A stretch of DNA of 64,000 nt. It comes from the human T2T-CHM13v2.0 reference genome, Homo sapiens. Both the position numbers and the translations under genes were made by a program. The notes beneath the pieces are model-generated. The model ran no database searches. It saw nothing but the letters and a program-made list of their open reading frames with translations, and was not told the DNA's origin. The stretch lies in assembly GCF_009914755.1 (NCBI RefSeq), contig NC_060933.1; one strand, written 5' to 3'. Positions within the stretch are counted from its first letter, which is position 1. Each line of letters opens with the position of its first letter. Below are positions 44,324-59,599 of the stretch, piece by piece.

Positions 44324-45550
44324 TCAATCTGCTGCAATGTCTCTTAAGTCTTTTGTGTTTCTTTCACCCAGAACATTCTCTCTGTCCCCTGCTTCTTCCC
44401 ATTTGCCACGCTGTTGGCTAAAAGAATCTGGATTCCAGATTCTGGACTTAGCTCATAACTTTCTTGTGTTGTTTAAGTCATTTGCCTTAGTTCCTATAGC
44501 CTGAAAGTTAGATTCAAAGACTTGGTTTACATTCAAGTACCTAAGATTTTTATTTTATGATTTAATTCTGGCGAGAATGCTGTGGAGGTTCGTGCGCTGG
44601 GAGCGGTGCTGAGAAGGCTCTGGGTTTCTGCGGCGGCCGCCTGTCCGCCCGAAGGCGGTATTGTCCTTGGTGACCACTGCCTGCATCCATTGTTTCATTC
44701 AAAGTTTCAAAATGGTGATTTTGCCATTCTGTCATTCCTCCTGCAAGTACAGGCTGGAATTCTTTGGTACAGAAGAACTTCCCCACATCTGCTAGGGCTG
44801 TTTCGTACCTCTGAAACAAGCTTCAGCCGGGATTGGCAGAATAAATAGCTACTTGTCTTTGCAGAGTAATGAATGGGTGCTCTAACAACCTCTAGTGGTA
44901 TCCGGAGGGCTTGATTTTGCTTCTCTCTGTCCCCTCTCCACCTCCCTTTCTCCCTTAGCATTCTTAAGAACTCATGGTCTTCTCTGTATTCAATGTGTGG
45001 TAAGCTTTTTTTGTTTAAAATTAAACACAGATCCCTTGGGCTCTCACTTATTTTTTGGATAGAAAACTCAAAATAATAATAAATTAAATTAAATGAAACG
45101 TAGATCCCGAAGACCATACAAAACAAACATTGGGCTGAACAAACCAACTTCAGCTGAGCTCTGGTAAACACCGCCAAGGTGGAGAAGCGGAGCCTGACCC
45201 CCCAGCCCCACTCCCCTCACTGCCCCACTCCCCCCGCCCCCGCCGCCCCCAGCCTGTCCCCGCTTGTGTTCTTCCCGGCAGCCCCGCCCAGCAGCCTCTG
45301 TCCCGACTCCCACAACGCCCACTTCCAGGGTCAGTTTCACTGTTTAGGTTTGTAGCTTCCCCTGTGGCACTGCTGCCCATCTGTCCTTCAATTTCTATAT
45401 TGTTCTCGGTCCCTTCTTTTTCTTTCAATGTGTCTGTTGAACAACCCAGGCTGTTGGAAGCTTCGAGGCTCCCATAGTCTGGATTCTGTGAATCCCACAC
45501 TTAGGTGGCAACTCAGCAGGTTCCTCTGTGTTTCTTGCAAAACCTGCCAA

Positions 45551-45666
45551 GGCCGGGTGCAGTAGCTCATGTCTGTAAAATGGGAGGTCGAGGCAGAAGG
45601 ATTGCTTGAGCCCAGGAGTTCAAGACCAGCCTGGGCAACATGATGAAACCCCATCTCTTAAAAAAA
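45551..45666 (+). mobile_element. Alu monomer (FLAM-like)
   Basis: ggccgggtgcagtagctc...caagaccagcctgggcaac. Confidence 0.85.
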
Positions 45667-45898
45667 CTTAAACAGCCTTACAAGTTTGGCCCCTTTGTAG
45701 TACTCTTGAGTGTGGGGAGGGTTTAGCCCAAAATGAAGGGCCATGTTGTCTGGCTGTCTCACTTTCTCTGATATTGGCAGCTGCTGATGCTTAACACCTA
45801 CATTTGTTGTTTATTCATTGGAGGTTTCAAAATGGTGCTGATTTTATCATTTATTATTCATTGTTCACTGGAATGGTTTTATAGAGAGACATATCTCA

Positions 45899-46204
45899 GG
45901 CCAGGCACAGTGGCTTATGCCTGTAATCCCAGCACTTGGGGAGGCCGAAGCAGGCAGGTCACTTGAGCTCAGGAGTTTGAGACCATCGTGGCCAACATGG
46001 GGAAACACCATCTCTACTGAAAATACAAAAAGTAGCCACTTGTGGTGGCGCCTGCCTGTAGTCCCAGCTACTTGGGAGGCTGAGGCAGGAGAATTGCTTG
46101 AGCCTGGGAGGCGACGGTTGCAGTGAGCATCAGTCGTGCTGCTGTTCTTCAGCCTGGGCGACAGAGTGAGACTCCGTCACAAAAACAAAAACAAAAACAA
46201 AAAC
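45899..46204 (+). mobile_element. AluS/J
   Basis: Full dimer with (A5C)n tail. Confidence 0.9.
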
Positions 46205-46389
46205 TACCTGTTTTGTTTTAAAGGCTGTGTTGTCTGATATTAACATAGCTACTCAGCTTTCTTTTGATTAATGTTTGCACCGTACGTCATTTTCTACACT
46301 TTTGCTTTTAGTCTGTCTCTGTCTTTAAATTTAAAGTGGCTTTCTTGTAGACAGCATGTAGTTGGATTTGCTCTTTTAATAAAGAAAAA

Positions 46390-46845
<456 letters not shown>

Positions 46846-46867
46846 GGTTTTGCCCTTTTATCTAACA

Positions 46868-47771
<904 letters not shown>

Positions 47772-47912
47772 CATCACGGTCCCTTTGTTAAGTTGATATA
47801 TTTAGATTATCTCCATTTAATGTAAGTATTAATATAGCTGGATTGCAGGCTAACATCGTAATAGTTTTTCCACTTATACCATCTGTTTTCCTGTTTTCTT
47901 CATTTTCTGTGT

Positions 47913-48552
<640 letters not shown>

Positions 48553-49343
48553 TTTTCTGCATTCTTTTGAATTTGAATTTTTTATGATTCCAATTTATTT
48601 CAATATTGGCTTTATTATTTGAACTTTTTTCTAATGTTTTGAATGGTTTCCCTGGAGTGTACAATACACATCTTTAATTTATCACAGTCTACCTCCAACA
48701 AATCATTATACCACATAACATACAGTGTAAGAATCTTACAGTAGGTCCTGTCTTGTATCTTGTTTCTGCGTTTTAATTTTATATATGCTAAAACTCTACA
48801 GTATATTGGCTATTATTTTTGCTTTAAGTATTTTTTTTTAGTTTGATTAAACATAAGAATAGTTTAACCTTCATCTTAAACATATCCAGAGATCTTTATT
48901 CCTTTGTATCCAAATTTCTGTCTTTGTGGTATTATTATATTGTATCTAAAGACTTTCCAATAACTCTTTTTTTGGTAGCACAAGGCTGCTGATAATGAAT
49001 TCTCTCAGCTTTTGTTTGTTTGAAAAAGTTGTTTTGTCTTAATTTTTCAAAGATACTTACTTCCAGGGACATAGAATTCTGGGTTGGCAGTTCCCCACCC
49101 CCCAGCCCTTAAAGAGGTTACTCGAGTGTGGCTTGCATGGTTTCTAATGAGACATTGGCTGAACTTGCCTCTGTTCCTTTGCATACTATATGTCATTTTT
49201 CTCTGTCTGCCACCAATATTTGCTTTGGTTTTCAGCAGTTTGAAAATGATGTGCCTGAGTGTGGTGGGTTTTGTTGTTTTGTTTTGCTTTTTTGGTATTT
49301 ATTTTGTTTAGGTTTCGCTGAGCTTCTTGGATCTTTGACTTGA

Positions 49344-49931
<588 letters not shown>

Positions 49932-50049
49932 TAGCGTTTTACGCTGACGTTCTTGAAATTCCTCGTCTGTAGTACAACATTTCAGTCATCTCTGAGTGTG
50001 CTTCTGTTGATGTTTCTCTCTCTTGACAGTGGGTTCAGATTTCTCTAGT

Positions 50050-50200
50050 GCAAGACTTTTCAACCTCAATATTTTTGATGTGTTGGGCCAAGTAATTCTC
50101 TGGGGGGAAGAAGGGGCTGCCCTGCTCGTTGTTTGGTGCTGAGCAGTATCCCGTTGGACACCAGATACCTCCCCTATAGCTGTGACAGCCATAATCTTTC
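50050..50200. mobile_element. MER20-like DNA transposon fossil
   Basis: tttcaacctcaatatttttgatgtgttgggccaagtaattctc. Confidence 0.55.
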
Positions 50201-50764
50201 ACCTGTGCCCTAGGCCATAGGGTTCGCTTCCCTCCCAGCCAGCTACCTTGTTCAGCAAGACAGAAGGATCCATGTAGGCCTCACACCAAGGAGGCTTCTG
50301 GTCTCCACCTTCCCTGCCTCCTCTGAGCACCCAGGAGCGAACCAAAGAGAAGAGTGAGCAATGGGTCTGGTTCCCTGGGGCTGCAGCTTCCAGGCTGTGT
50401 CCTGCTGGGGGAGGCACTCACAGCTGCCTGGATTGCCTTTCCTTTCTTGAGTGAGTTTGTTTTGTTTGTTTTCCTTAGAGCTAATCATTGCCTCCCTATT
50501 CATTTTTTTGTTTTCTGTGTACTTGTTATAAACCCATTCCCAAACTGATAGAATTGCATGTTTGTATTCTCAGACACATCAAGTTGCTGGATCACATATC
50601 TTCACTTTACTCTTGTCTTGGTGGTGCATAACCTTTAGTTCTTAAGACACATTGCTCAGAAGATAACTATTTTGAGCCTTTGAATTCTGAAGTGTTCTCT
50701 CTCATGTCACGGACACTGTGGCCCTCCAGTTCTCCCCTCAGAGCTGCCTCCATCTTCCATGTCT

Positions 50765-51048
50765 TTTTTTTTTTTTTTTTTTTGAGATGGAGTCTTGCTC
50801 TGTCACACAGGCTGGAGTGCAGTGGCGTAATCTCTGCTCACTGCAGCCTCCTCCTCCTGAGTTCAAGTAGTTCTTGTGCCTCAGCCTCCCAAGTCACTGG
50901 GATTACAGGTGCTCGCCACCATGCCTGGCTAATGTTTTTGCATTTTAATAGAGACGGAGTTTCCCTATGTTGGCCAGGCTGGTCTCAAAGTCCTGACCTC
51001 AGGTGATCCTCCCACCTCGGGTTTACAGCCGTGAGCCATTGCGCCCTG
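50765..51048 (-). mobile_element. AluS
   Basis: Antisense Alu dimer with a small deletion. Confidence 0.9.
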
Positions 51049-53884
51049 CTATCTCCCATGTCTTTGAGCATAATCGTGCTAGTGTCTCCCACAAACACTT
51101 CTCTGTCTGCACGTCTCTGTGCTCCTCGGAGTCCTGGTCTTGGCTGGTTGGCTTCAGCTTCTTTCGTCTTAGCTCACCACAGGCGAGCACCTTGCTGGAC
51201 GACATGGTCTTACCGAGGAGATGGGGGTGCTGGGGTCTTACCGAGGAGACCGGGGTGGCGGGGCGTTTTGGCTACAGCAGTGCTGTTCCCACCTTTGGAC
51301 TTTGTCTGTTCATGCTTGCTCGGGCAGCGTCGGGCAGAGAGGGTGCCACTGGGAAGGAAGGGAGGGGCCCCATCGGCAGACCTGAGCAGCAGAACAGCTG
51401 GGATGAGTCACAGGGGACCCCAACTTGGAGGCTTTTGTATCTCGCTCAGGAGCGGGGCCCACAGTGGAGCCCAGATCTGGTTTAAACCAGATCCAAGGAA
51501 GAGGAAGGAAGGGAGGGCATTCCCACAGCTGAGGAAAGGCTAGCCCAGGACAGCTGCACACCCCACTGTGTCCTAATAAGCCACCATGCAGAGCCTGTGG
51601 GCCCTGCAGAGCCTGTGGGCACTGGGTATTAAATTGCGCTGAGAAAGTGCTACCTGTGTTCCGCTTGATAATGGTTCTAAGGTTATATGAAGTATGATTT
51701 GTTAGCAATGCATATGGAGTTATTTATGGCTAAAATGGCATCATTTTACCCCTAGGTACTTTGCTAAATATACCAGCACACCTCTCCAAGCACAAAAGGT
51801 TATAGGGGATGGCTTGAACGAGAAGAGAAAATACTGGTAATTTTTGAAATTAGGCATGGGCACATGGGGATACATTTTACGTTTGTCTCTATTTTTGAAA
51901 GTTTTCTTAATAGAATATTTAATAAAACAGTGAGACACTAAAAAAATAGGAAACCGTTTTGTAGCGGTGGGCTTGTGTGGAGAGTAGATAGTGAGCTCTG
52001 TGGCCACCTCTGCAGAGGGTGACCCCTCACCTGCGCCAGGTGGGGTGCCTAGCTGCATGGACCTCGTCTGAGGCTCCGCCTCGCCAGCTCTGTATTTACA
52101 CCAGCTCAGCCCCTGCCACCGAAGCTGGCCCTGATTCTTTAGCCTTCCAGGGTTCTGCCGGTGCGGACCCACCTTCAGGCAAGCAGGTTTGGGTTATCTC
52201 TACTTTGTGAAGTCAGTACCTGTTTCAGCTGCTTTCTGTCCTGAAAGCACAGCACCTCCCTGTGGTGGGCTCCTTTCTTGTTCTGGTCCCTCCTTCAGGA
52301 TCCGGTCAGCAGTCGGTGAATCTGTACTCTGCTGTGGTGAACCCAGGGTGCCCCTCCCACCCATGGTGACCTCAGTGGGGCCACCCCAGTGCATCTGTGT
52401 TTTTCCCACCTTGTTAAAGGATTCCTTGTTTTATCTCTTTTTTCCCAACCCTAACTGGATCCCATTGTCATTTATTTGATATATCCTTCCCAGAACATCT
52501 CCTTCCTTACATTCTCCTGCCGTTCTGCCTGGACCCCCTACCCCGCAGCTCCCTTCTGTGTTTCCTTCTTACACAGCACAGAGCCAGAATCATACAGCAT
52601 TATCGTTTTTATGATTGTAAAAATAATGCATGCCGATTGTAAAATAATCCAGATACTACATACATGCATGAATAAGAAAGTAAAATCACTTCTTATTCCA
52701 AAACTGAGGGAATCATTCTTAGTACTTTTGTATGTTCTCCTAGACTTCTATGTGTATAACCACATTGAATTTTTGAAAATAACTTGTTTTTCCTTTAATG
52801 TAAACATTTTTCAAAGTCAGTAGGTACAAGTGCCCTGCAGCCGCTGGTCCTGAACCAGGGAGTCACTGCAGAAGCATTTGGTGGTGGTGGTGTGGAGGGG
52901 GCATTTTTTCAGGATGTACATGCCCTGGTTCTACGCCTTTCAGGTCTTGTTCCATAGGTTTGGGGTGGGGCCCAGACTGTCTTTTAAAAAAGTTGCCTGG
53001 GTGATTCTAATGCAGCCTCATTTGGGCATCGAGAAGTCTCTTGCTGGCTTCAGGGTAGATCATTTATGCCACCTGGGCGTGCCCTGCAGCCACTCTTCTG
53101 CAGGTAGACAGGTTGGTTGTTCCTACTTTTCTGTTATTGCAAAAGCTGGGTCCTTCTAGATACATGTTTGTGCACTTAATTATATCTTCAAGTGGAGTCT
53201 TAAGAATATGTATTTGTAATTGATTCATGTCTCCAAGTTGCTTGCTGTGAAGTTTGGACAGAACTCACAGTGATGGTGTGTCATCTCTGCAGACCCCACA
53301 GATACCAGCTTTGCAGTGTGCCAGACCGAATACGAAGAATGTCAGAGGCTTATGTTGAATTTCTTTGTGTAATTTCCTTTGGGGGGCATTTGTAGTTCTT
53401 CTTTAGTGAAATGCCACTCAATTATTTGCTTATTTTTGGGGGGGCTACTTCTTGTTTTCTTATTGGCTATCAGAGAACTTTCCGTAGCAAACCTGTAAGG
53501 CTTTGTCTGGTGTGCTGCAGAGTGCCTGGCATCCTGGGTGCCCTCATTGCTTCCACCTCCACAGGCGCCTTCAAGTCCTGGTCCTCTCAGAATCCTCCAG
53601 TGACCATGTTCCCCAGTCAGGCCCCAGACTCTGTGTCCTGCTCCTTGCCTTGTGTGCAGGTTCCTCTGGCTGCCCCAGAATCCTTGGGGCTCCCACAGAT
53701 TCATTGTACCGCTGCCCACTGCTGGCCTGTGATGGCCTGGACTGTCCTGCCAGGTATACGTTCATGTTTCCTGGATACCCAGCCCAGAACCCCTCTCACC
53801 CCAGAACCTTCCTTGACTTCTGCCAGAGTTGAGCAGCCGGCCCTCTGGTAGGCGCATGTGAGTGGATGTGGGCACATGTGGCCC

Positions 53885-54416
53885 ACTGGATCTGGTGGAT
53901 GTGGTCGCGTCTGGCCCCCTGGATCTGGTGGGTGTGGGCACGCCTGGCTCCCTGGATCTGGTGAGTGTGGTCGCGTCTGACCCCCTGGATCTGGTGGGTG
54001 TGGGCACGCCTGGCCCCCTGGATCTGGTGGGTGTGGGCACGCCTGCCCCCTGGATCTGGTGGGTATGGTCGCGCCTGGCCCCCTGGATCTGGTGGATGTG
54101 GTCGCGTCTGGCCCCCTGGATCTGGTGGGTGTGGGCACGCCTGCCCCCTGGATCTGGTGGGTATGGTCGCGCCTGGCCCCCTGGATCTGGTGGATGTGGT
54201 CGCGTCTGGCCCCCTGGATCTGGTGGATGTGGTCGCGCCTGGCCCCCTGGATCTGGTGGGTGTGGGCACGCCTGCCCCCTGGATCTGGTGGGTATGGTCG
54301 CGCCTGGCCCCCTGGATCTGGTGGATGTGGTCGCGTCTGGCCCCCTGGATCTGGTGGGTGTGGGCACGCCTGGCCCCCTGGATCTGGTGGGTGTGGTCGC
54401 GCCTGGCCCACTGGAC
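53885..54416. repeat. 33-35 bp GC-rich minisatellite GGCCCCCTGGATCTGGTGGGTGTGGGCACGCCT, ~16 copies with patterned variants
   Basis: Direct inspection; explains ORFs 53701..54694. Confidence 0.95.
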
Positions 54417-54672
54417 CTGCTCATGTGCCGCTGCCTCCTGCAGTTTGTGCAGATGATGGGCGTTTCCTTCTCTGGGCTCCCTGTTTGTCCCCCGTGCTGA
54501 GGCGTGTAGCAGGTGCTCGATAAGTGCTTGCAAAGCCAAGCTGGCCTTGCAGGGCTCGGCTCAGTCAGCCCACACCTGCTGAGCAGCTCTTGTGTGCCTG
54601 CACTGCCCAGCGCCTGGTGGGAGGGAATGCCGGCCTCTCGTGACTCTGACATTGACCACCAGTCTTGTCTGA

Positions 54673-54846
<174 letters not shown>

Positions 54847-54945
54847 TGAGTCCTCCGCAGGCTTTGCTGTCTGCTCACTGGTGCTGGTTCCTGTCCTGTG
54901 TCCACCTGCTGTCGGGTGGTCCAGCAGCTGGCCCAGGTCTGGTGT

Positions 54946-55195
54946 CCGTCTGGAGGTCTCCAGTGTTCACAAGCCCCTCACCACCCCTGTCGAGCCCCAG
55001 TGCCTTAGACACCTTCACCCCCAACCCCCATTTCCCTCCTACCGCCTGGAAACCGCTTTTGGAGATGACTAGGACGGTGTGACCTGGGCTTCCAGGCCAG
55101 AGGAGGGAAGTGAGGGTTGGGGGTGAAGGTGTCTAAGGCACTGGGGCTCGAGAGCAGTGGTGAGGGGCTTGTGACGCACTGGAGACTCCAGGTGG
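54946..55195. repeat. Inverted repeat/hairpin, ~104 bp arms (54951-55054 and 55087-55190), ~32 nt loop
   Basis: tcgagccccagtgccttagacaccttcacccccaaccc has its exact reverse complement in the other arm. Confidence 0.92.
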
Positions 55196-56187
55196 AGGCT
55201 GTACTGAGGACGTTCATCCCCCATGACAAGGGTGTACTGAGGACATTCACCCCCCATGATAAGGGTGTCCAGAGCACACAGCTCCTGGGAGAGGTGGCAG
55301 CACCTTGCTGTGCCCTGGGCTGTTTCTGCTGGGATCTTGGGTCATCAGTTACTTCAATGTCAAACATCTGTGCTCAGCCGTGCCCAGGGCCCCCCGAGAA
55401 TGGGCTGCTTCCCTTTGGAGCTCCCCTGTGTGGGCATCCTCGTGCATGTAGGGTGTGTGTGTGTGTGTGTCTGTGCGCGCACACATCTGTGTGAGCCTCT
55501 GCCTGTAAGCGTCTGTCTGTGTGCGCCTGTGTGTGTGAGTGTTTGAGTGTGAGCTTCAGGCACCCAGAGATGCCCTGCTGCCCCTTTACGAACATGGGCC
55601 AAGAGCTTCCACTTTTGGGAGACTTTCTTTGGACTTCACACCTTGCATGTCCTCCCCATCTTCAAACATCCTTTTTTTGGTTCTGCTACATCTGTTTATC
55701 TCTGGCTTTCTGCAAGAAAATGCTGTTCTTACGGCTGTGTGCCCCTCCTCGAGGCTCACCTGGGTCGCCAAACCACATCTGCTGCGCACTGCTGGGCACT
55801 GAGGCAGCTCCACCTGCCTGATGCTGTGCCCTGAGGTGCTGTCGTCTGTCCCTGTCCCTATCCGCCCTTCAGAGTAGGGGCCTTCTGGGTCCTTCTTTAG
55901 GCCTTCTCTTTGCGGGCAGCCTCAGCTTTCCTGGGCCTAGGTGGGTTGGAGGCAGCCAAGTGACCTCTGTCTGGCTTCAGCTTCTTCTCTGTGGGGCGAG
56001 AGCACCACGGGAAGCATCGTTCCTCCTTCTTAACGATGCCTGGGGCCAAGACTGGACCCCACCCCGACCCATGGCTCACTCTGCAGACCGCCCGATGTGG
56101 GATGCGGTGCCAGTTTAGTAGTACTTTATTTTTCTAAATATTAACCCCAATTAAAACAAAAATTTTTTTTTGTCCTCCCATTTTTAG

Positions 56188-56414
56188 GGTAATTTTATGG
56201 AGTGTCAGCCCGAGAGCAGCATCTCTCACCGTTTCCACAAAGACTGTGCCTCTCGAGTCAATAACGCCAGCTATTGTCCCCACTGTGGGGAGGAGAGCTC
56301 CAAGGCCAAAGAGGTGACGATAGCTAAAGCAGACACCACCTCGACCGTGACACCAGTCCCCGGGCAGGAGAAGGGCTCGGCCCTGGAGGGCAGGGCCGAC
56401 ACCACAACGGGCAG
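56188..56414 (+). CDS. EHMT1: EHMT1 exon 12 (227 nt): [43 protein letters not shown]...ADTTTG
   Basis: tttttag|GGT acceptor, CAG|gtacct donor; ORF track 56197..56520. Confidence 0.96.
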
Positions 56415-57449
56415 GTACCTGGCACAGGCTCTGGCTGGGCTCTCCAGTCGTCCACCTGAAAAAGTTTCAGTTGTTAACTCAACGTTATTGCTTCCTGCTG
56501 TTTTTTCCAGAAGTCTCTGAGCTGATGCTGATGCTTATGGTGATTTCTGACATTTAAGACTCTGAAATTCATTTATTGCCATTTGTGCATACGTTGCTCT
56601 CTTTCGGTTTGGTTATGTAGATCCATTTGCCTGTTTTGAACCGGTTTTCACAGCACCCCCATTGATGTAGCTCTGTGGTGTTTCTGTTGATGGCACAGTC
56701 CTGTTGGTACACAAGCGATAGACGAGTGGTGGCTGCTGCAGTCTGTGACCGAGTTCTGTGGTATTAAGGTTTGAAGGCCTTAGCTGAAGACAAAAAAGTC
56801 TAAAATAATTAGAAGTGTTCATATTAGACAGATACAATTGTCTTCCTGAAAGAGTCCAGTAGAAACAGCTGAAAAATTTTTAGAGCTCAAAAGAGTCAGT
56901 AAGAGGATCTGATAAGAAGAGATAGAAGCCACTTGCCTTCTTCCTTAGCAGCAGTTCCCTGCCTGAGAATAAAATAACAAAAGAGACCCTTTCAAAACAG
57001 CAACAAAACTTGTTACTACCCAGCAGAACAAAGAACTTAAATGTGACACTAATATAAAGAAAATAAACTTCCTTGAAGATTATTTAAAAGAGACTCAAAT
57101 TGTGGACATGTTAAGGTGATTCCTTCCTATTAACCTGTAAATTTAATGCACTTTGAATCAAAATTCCAGTGGGATTTCCTTTTGTTGGGGTGGGCAGTGG
57201 ACTTGATAGATTCAGCTTGAAGCTCATTCATGAGAGTGTATTTGAACACGCTGCCCAGAAGTCTAGGAAAAGTTGCCCTAGTTTTCTCAGGAAATTTGGT
57301 TCTGAATCCTGAACCGTTAAATCCAGGGACTAAGCGGACAGTAAGCAAATCCGCAGCTCTCACTTAGAAAACAGCGCTCTCGGGCAGTCAGAGTCGGAAC
57401 AGGCCATGTTTCGTGTTTTCATAAACCTTTCCCCGATTTCCTCCCCTGA

Positions 57450-57626
<177 letters not shown>

Positions 57627-58204
57627 TAAGACCTGACATGTGATTTCAGAGATGTCTCAGAGCCTGTTTTAATCTGCACCCCGCGTTTTTCCCCATGGTG
57701 TCACTTTAGCACTTCTCAGCTTTTTGATTAATGCTGTTCGTTAGAATAATTCGTATATTTTCACACTATTTTGGGAAATTATTGTAAATTACTGTCCTCT
57801 GCATTATAGTAAGAGCAACCTCTGACACCTTTGAAGTCCTAAGTGAGGAGGCAGGTCTTGGTGAGCTTTGACAAACATTTCCTGGTTGCTGTTGGCCCTG
57901 AGCTGCCCTTAGGTCATGAGAGCAGACACTGCTTCTGCTGCCTTGACTCCGTTTCCCTCCCAGGCCACACCCCATCTGTGCAATGCGAGGGTTGGGCCAA
58001 GGGGCCCTCCAGGCTTTCCCGACAGCTCACAAAAACCCACCCCTCCTCGTCCTCCTCTCAGCATTGCCCCACCAGGGAGGCAGACCAGACTGTGGCAGTG
58101 AGGCTTGCGGTGCCTCCTCCCTGGATCTCCCCTCTGTCTGCCTCCAGCCTCGCCTCTGAGCCTGCTCTTGAAGCGACGGTACCATCTGCTGACGCCAACA
58201 GGCC

Positions 58205-58283
58205 CTGCTCGCTGACCAGACCCCAGACTGTTCCTGACCCACAGGCTCTGCTCGCTGACCAGACCCCAGACTGTTCCTGACCC
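58205..58283. repeat. ~43 bp tandem duplication
   Basis: ctgctcgctgaccagaccccagactgttcctgaccc occurs twice. Confidence 0.88.
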
Positions 58284-58309
58284 CACTCTCTCCCCCATCC
58301 CTTGGTGAT

Positions 58310-58712
58310 TGTGTTAGTCTGCTTTTGTGTCAATATAAAGAAATGCCCAGGGCTGGATGATTTATATAGAAAAGAGGCTTAATTGGCTCACGGTTCTCCA
58401 GACTGTACAGGAAGCATGGTGCTGGCATCTGCTCCTTGGGAGGCCTCAGGAAGCTACAGTCATGGTGGAAGGCAAAGCAGGAGCAGTAGCAAGAGACAGA
58501 GAAGGGGGAGGCTCCCAGACTCTTAAGCGACCAGATCTTGTGGGAACTGACTGAGCGGGAACTCACTCATCACCAGGGGGAGGGATGACACTAAGCCATT
58601 CATGAGGGATCTGCCTCCAGGATCCAGTCACCTTCTACCAGGTCTCACCTCCAACACTGGAGGTCACATTTCAACGTGAGTTTTGGGAGGGACAGAGGTC
58701 CACACCATATCA
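58310..58712 (-). mobile_element. ERVL-MaLR solo LTR (MSTA/MSTB-like)
   Basis: tgtgttagtct...aattggctcacggttc...gaaggcaaagcaggag...cacaccatatca. Confidence 0.85.
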
Positions 58713-59021
58713 GTTATCAGCTTAGTCATCGAGTTAAGGTTTCAGAGCAAAAGTGCCAGTGTTCCCAGCTCTCACCGCCCAGGACATCTTCTGTAGTGCG
58801 AGCTGTGCCCTCACTCGTGACCACGCTGTGTGGGCTCATCCTGGCTGGGGCTGGTCCCGGCTGTGCTGAGCGTAGATGAGGTTCCCCTGCATCCTGCGCT
58901 GGTTCTGTCGTCGTGTTGTGTAAAAGCCTCACAGTGCGTAGTGTTCTCCTGCGGTGACTGGGAACGCAGTTTCTTGTCCGCAGTTTTTACCATGAGATAT
59001 CTCGACTGGTGGGTTTGCACT

Positions 59022-59178
59022 TGAGCTTGTGGGGCTGGTGGGCAGACGTCTGCCGGGCCTTCCAGCCTTCAGCTTCATGTGTGGGACGCGGAGCCCCATG
59101 AGCTTGAGGGGCTGGTGGGGAGATGTCCGCCGGGCCTTCCAGCCTTCAGCTTCATGTGTGGGATGCAGAGCCCCATGC
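59022..59178. repeat. ~78 bp tandem duplication just upstream of exon 14
   Basis: gccgggccttccagccttcagcttcatgtgtggga occurs twice. Confidence 0.88.
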
Positions 59179-59204
59179 TGACTGTTGTCTTGTGCTTCCC
59201 ACAG

Positions 59205-59287
59205 ACCCAAGAAGCTTCGCTTCCACCCAAAGCAGCTGTACTTCTCCGCCAGGCAAGGGGAGCTTCAGAAGGTGCTCCTCATGCTGG
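59205..59287 (+). CDS. EHMT1: EHMT1 exon 14 (83 nt): [27 protein letters not shown]
   Basis: cccacag|ACC acceptor, TGG|gtaagt donor; ORF track 59185..59517; entry to ankyrin region. Confidence 0.96.
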
Positions 59288-59599
59288 GTAAGTGCCTTCC
59301 TGCGGCCCGGGCACATGCAGCCGGCCCTGTGGCACTGAAAGAAGCCGAGAGCAGTTGTTACTCCTTCCTCAGGAGGCTGGTCTCGTTTTGGTTTTCTGTT
59401 TCTGTGTCTCCGAGTTCTCTGATGAGTGAGAATAGGTTGCCCACTGGTGTTGAGGCTTTTTATGGTGTTCATATCCAGTTACGCAAGATATTAGAACTAT
59501 TCTCTACGAAGTTCTAATTTTTAAAAAGGAATTGGTATGTGATTATTAAATCAAGCAGAAATAGAGATTAAGGAAAAGCAAAACTAGTGAGCTGTGGCC

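Noticed and set aside
54946-55195. Naming the hairpin as a known miRNA gene
   Set aside because: I do not recognise a mature miRNA sequence, and the stem is longer than a typical pre-miRNA; left as an unnamed hairpin.
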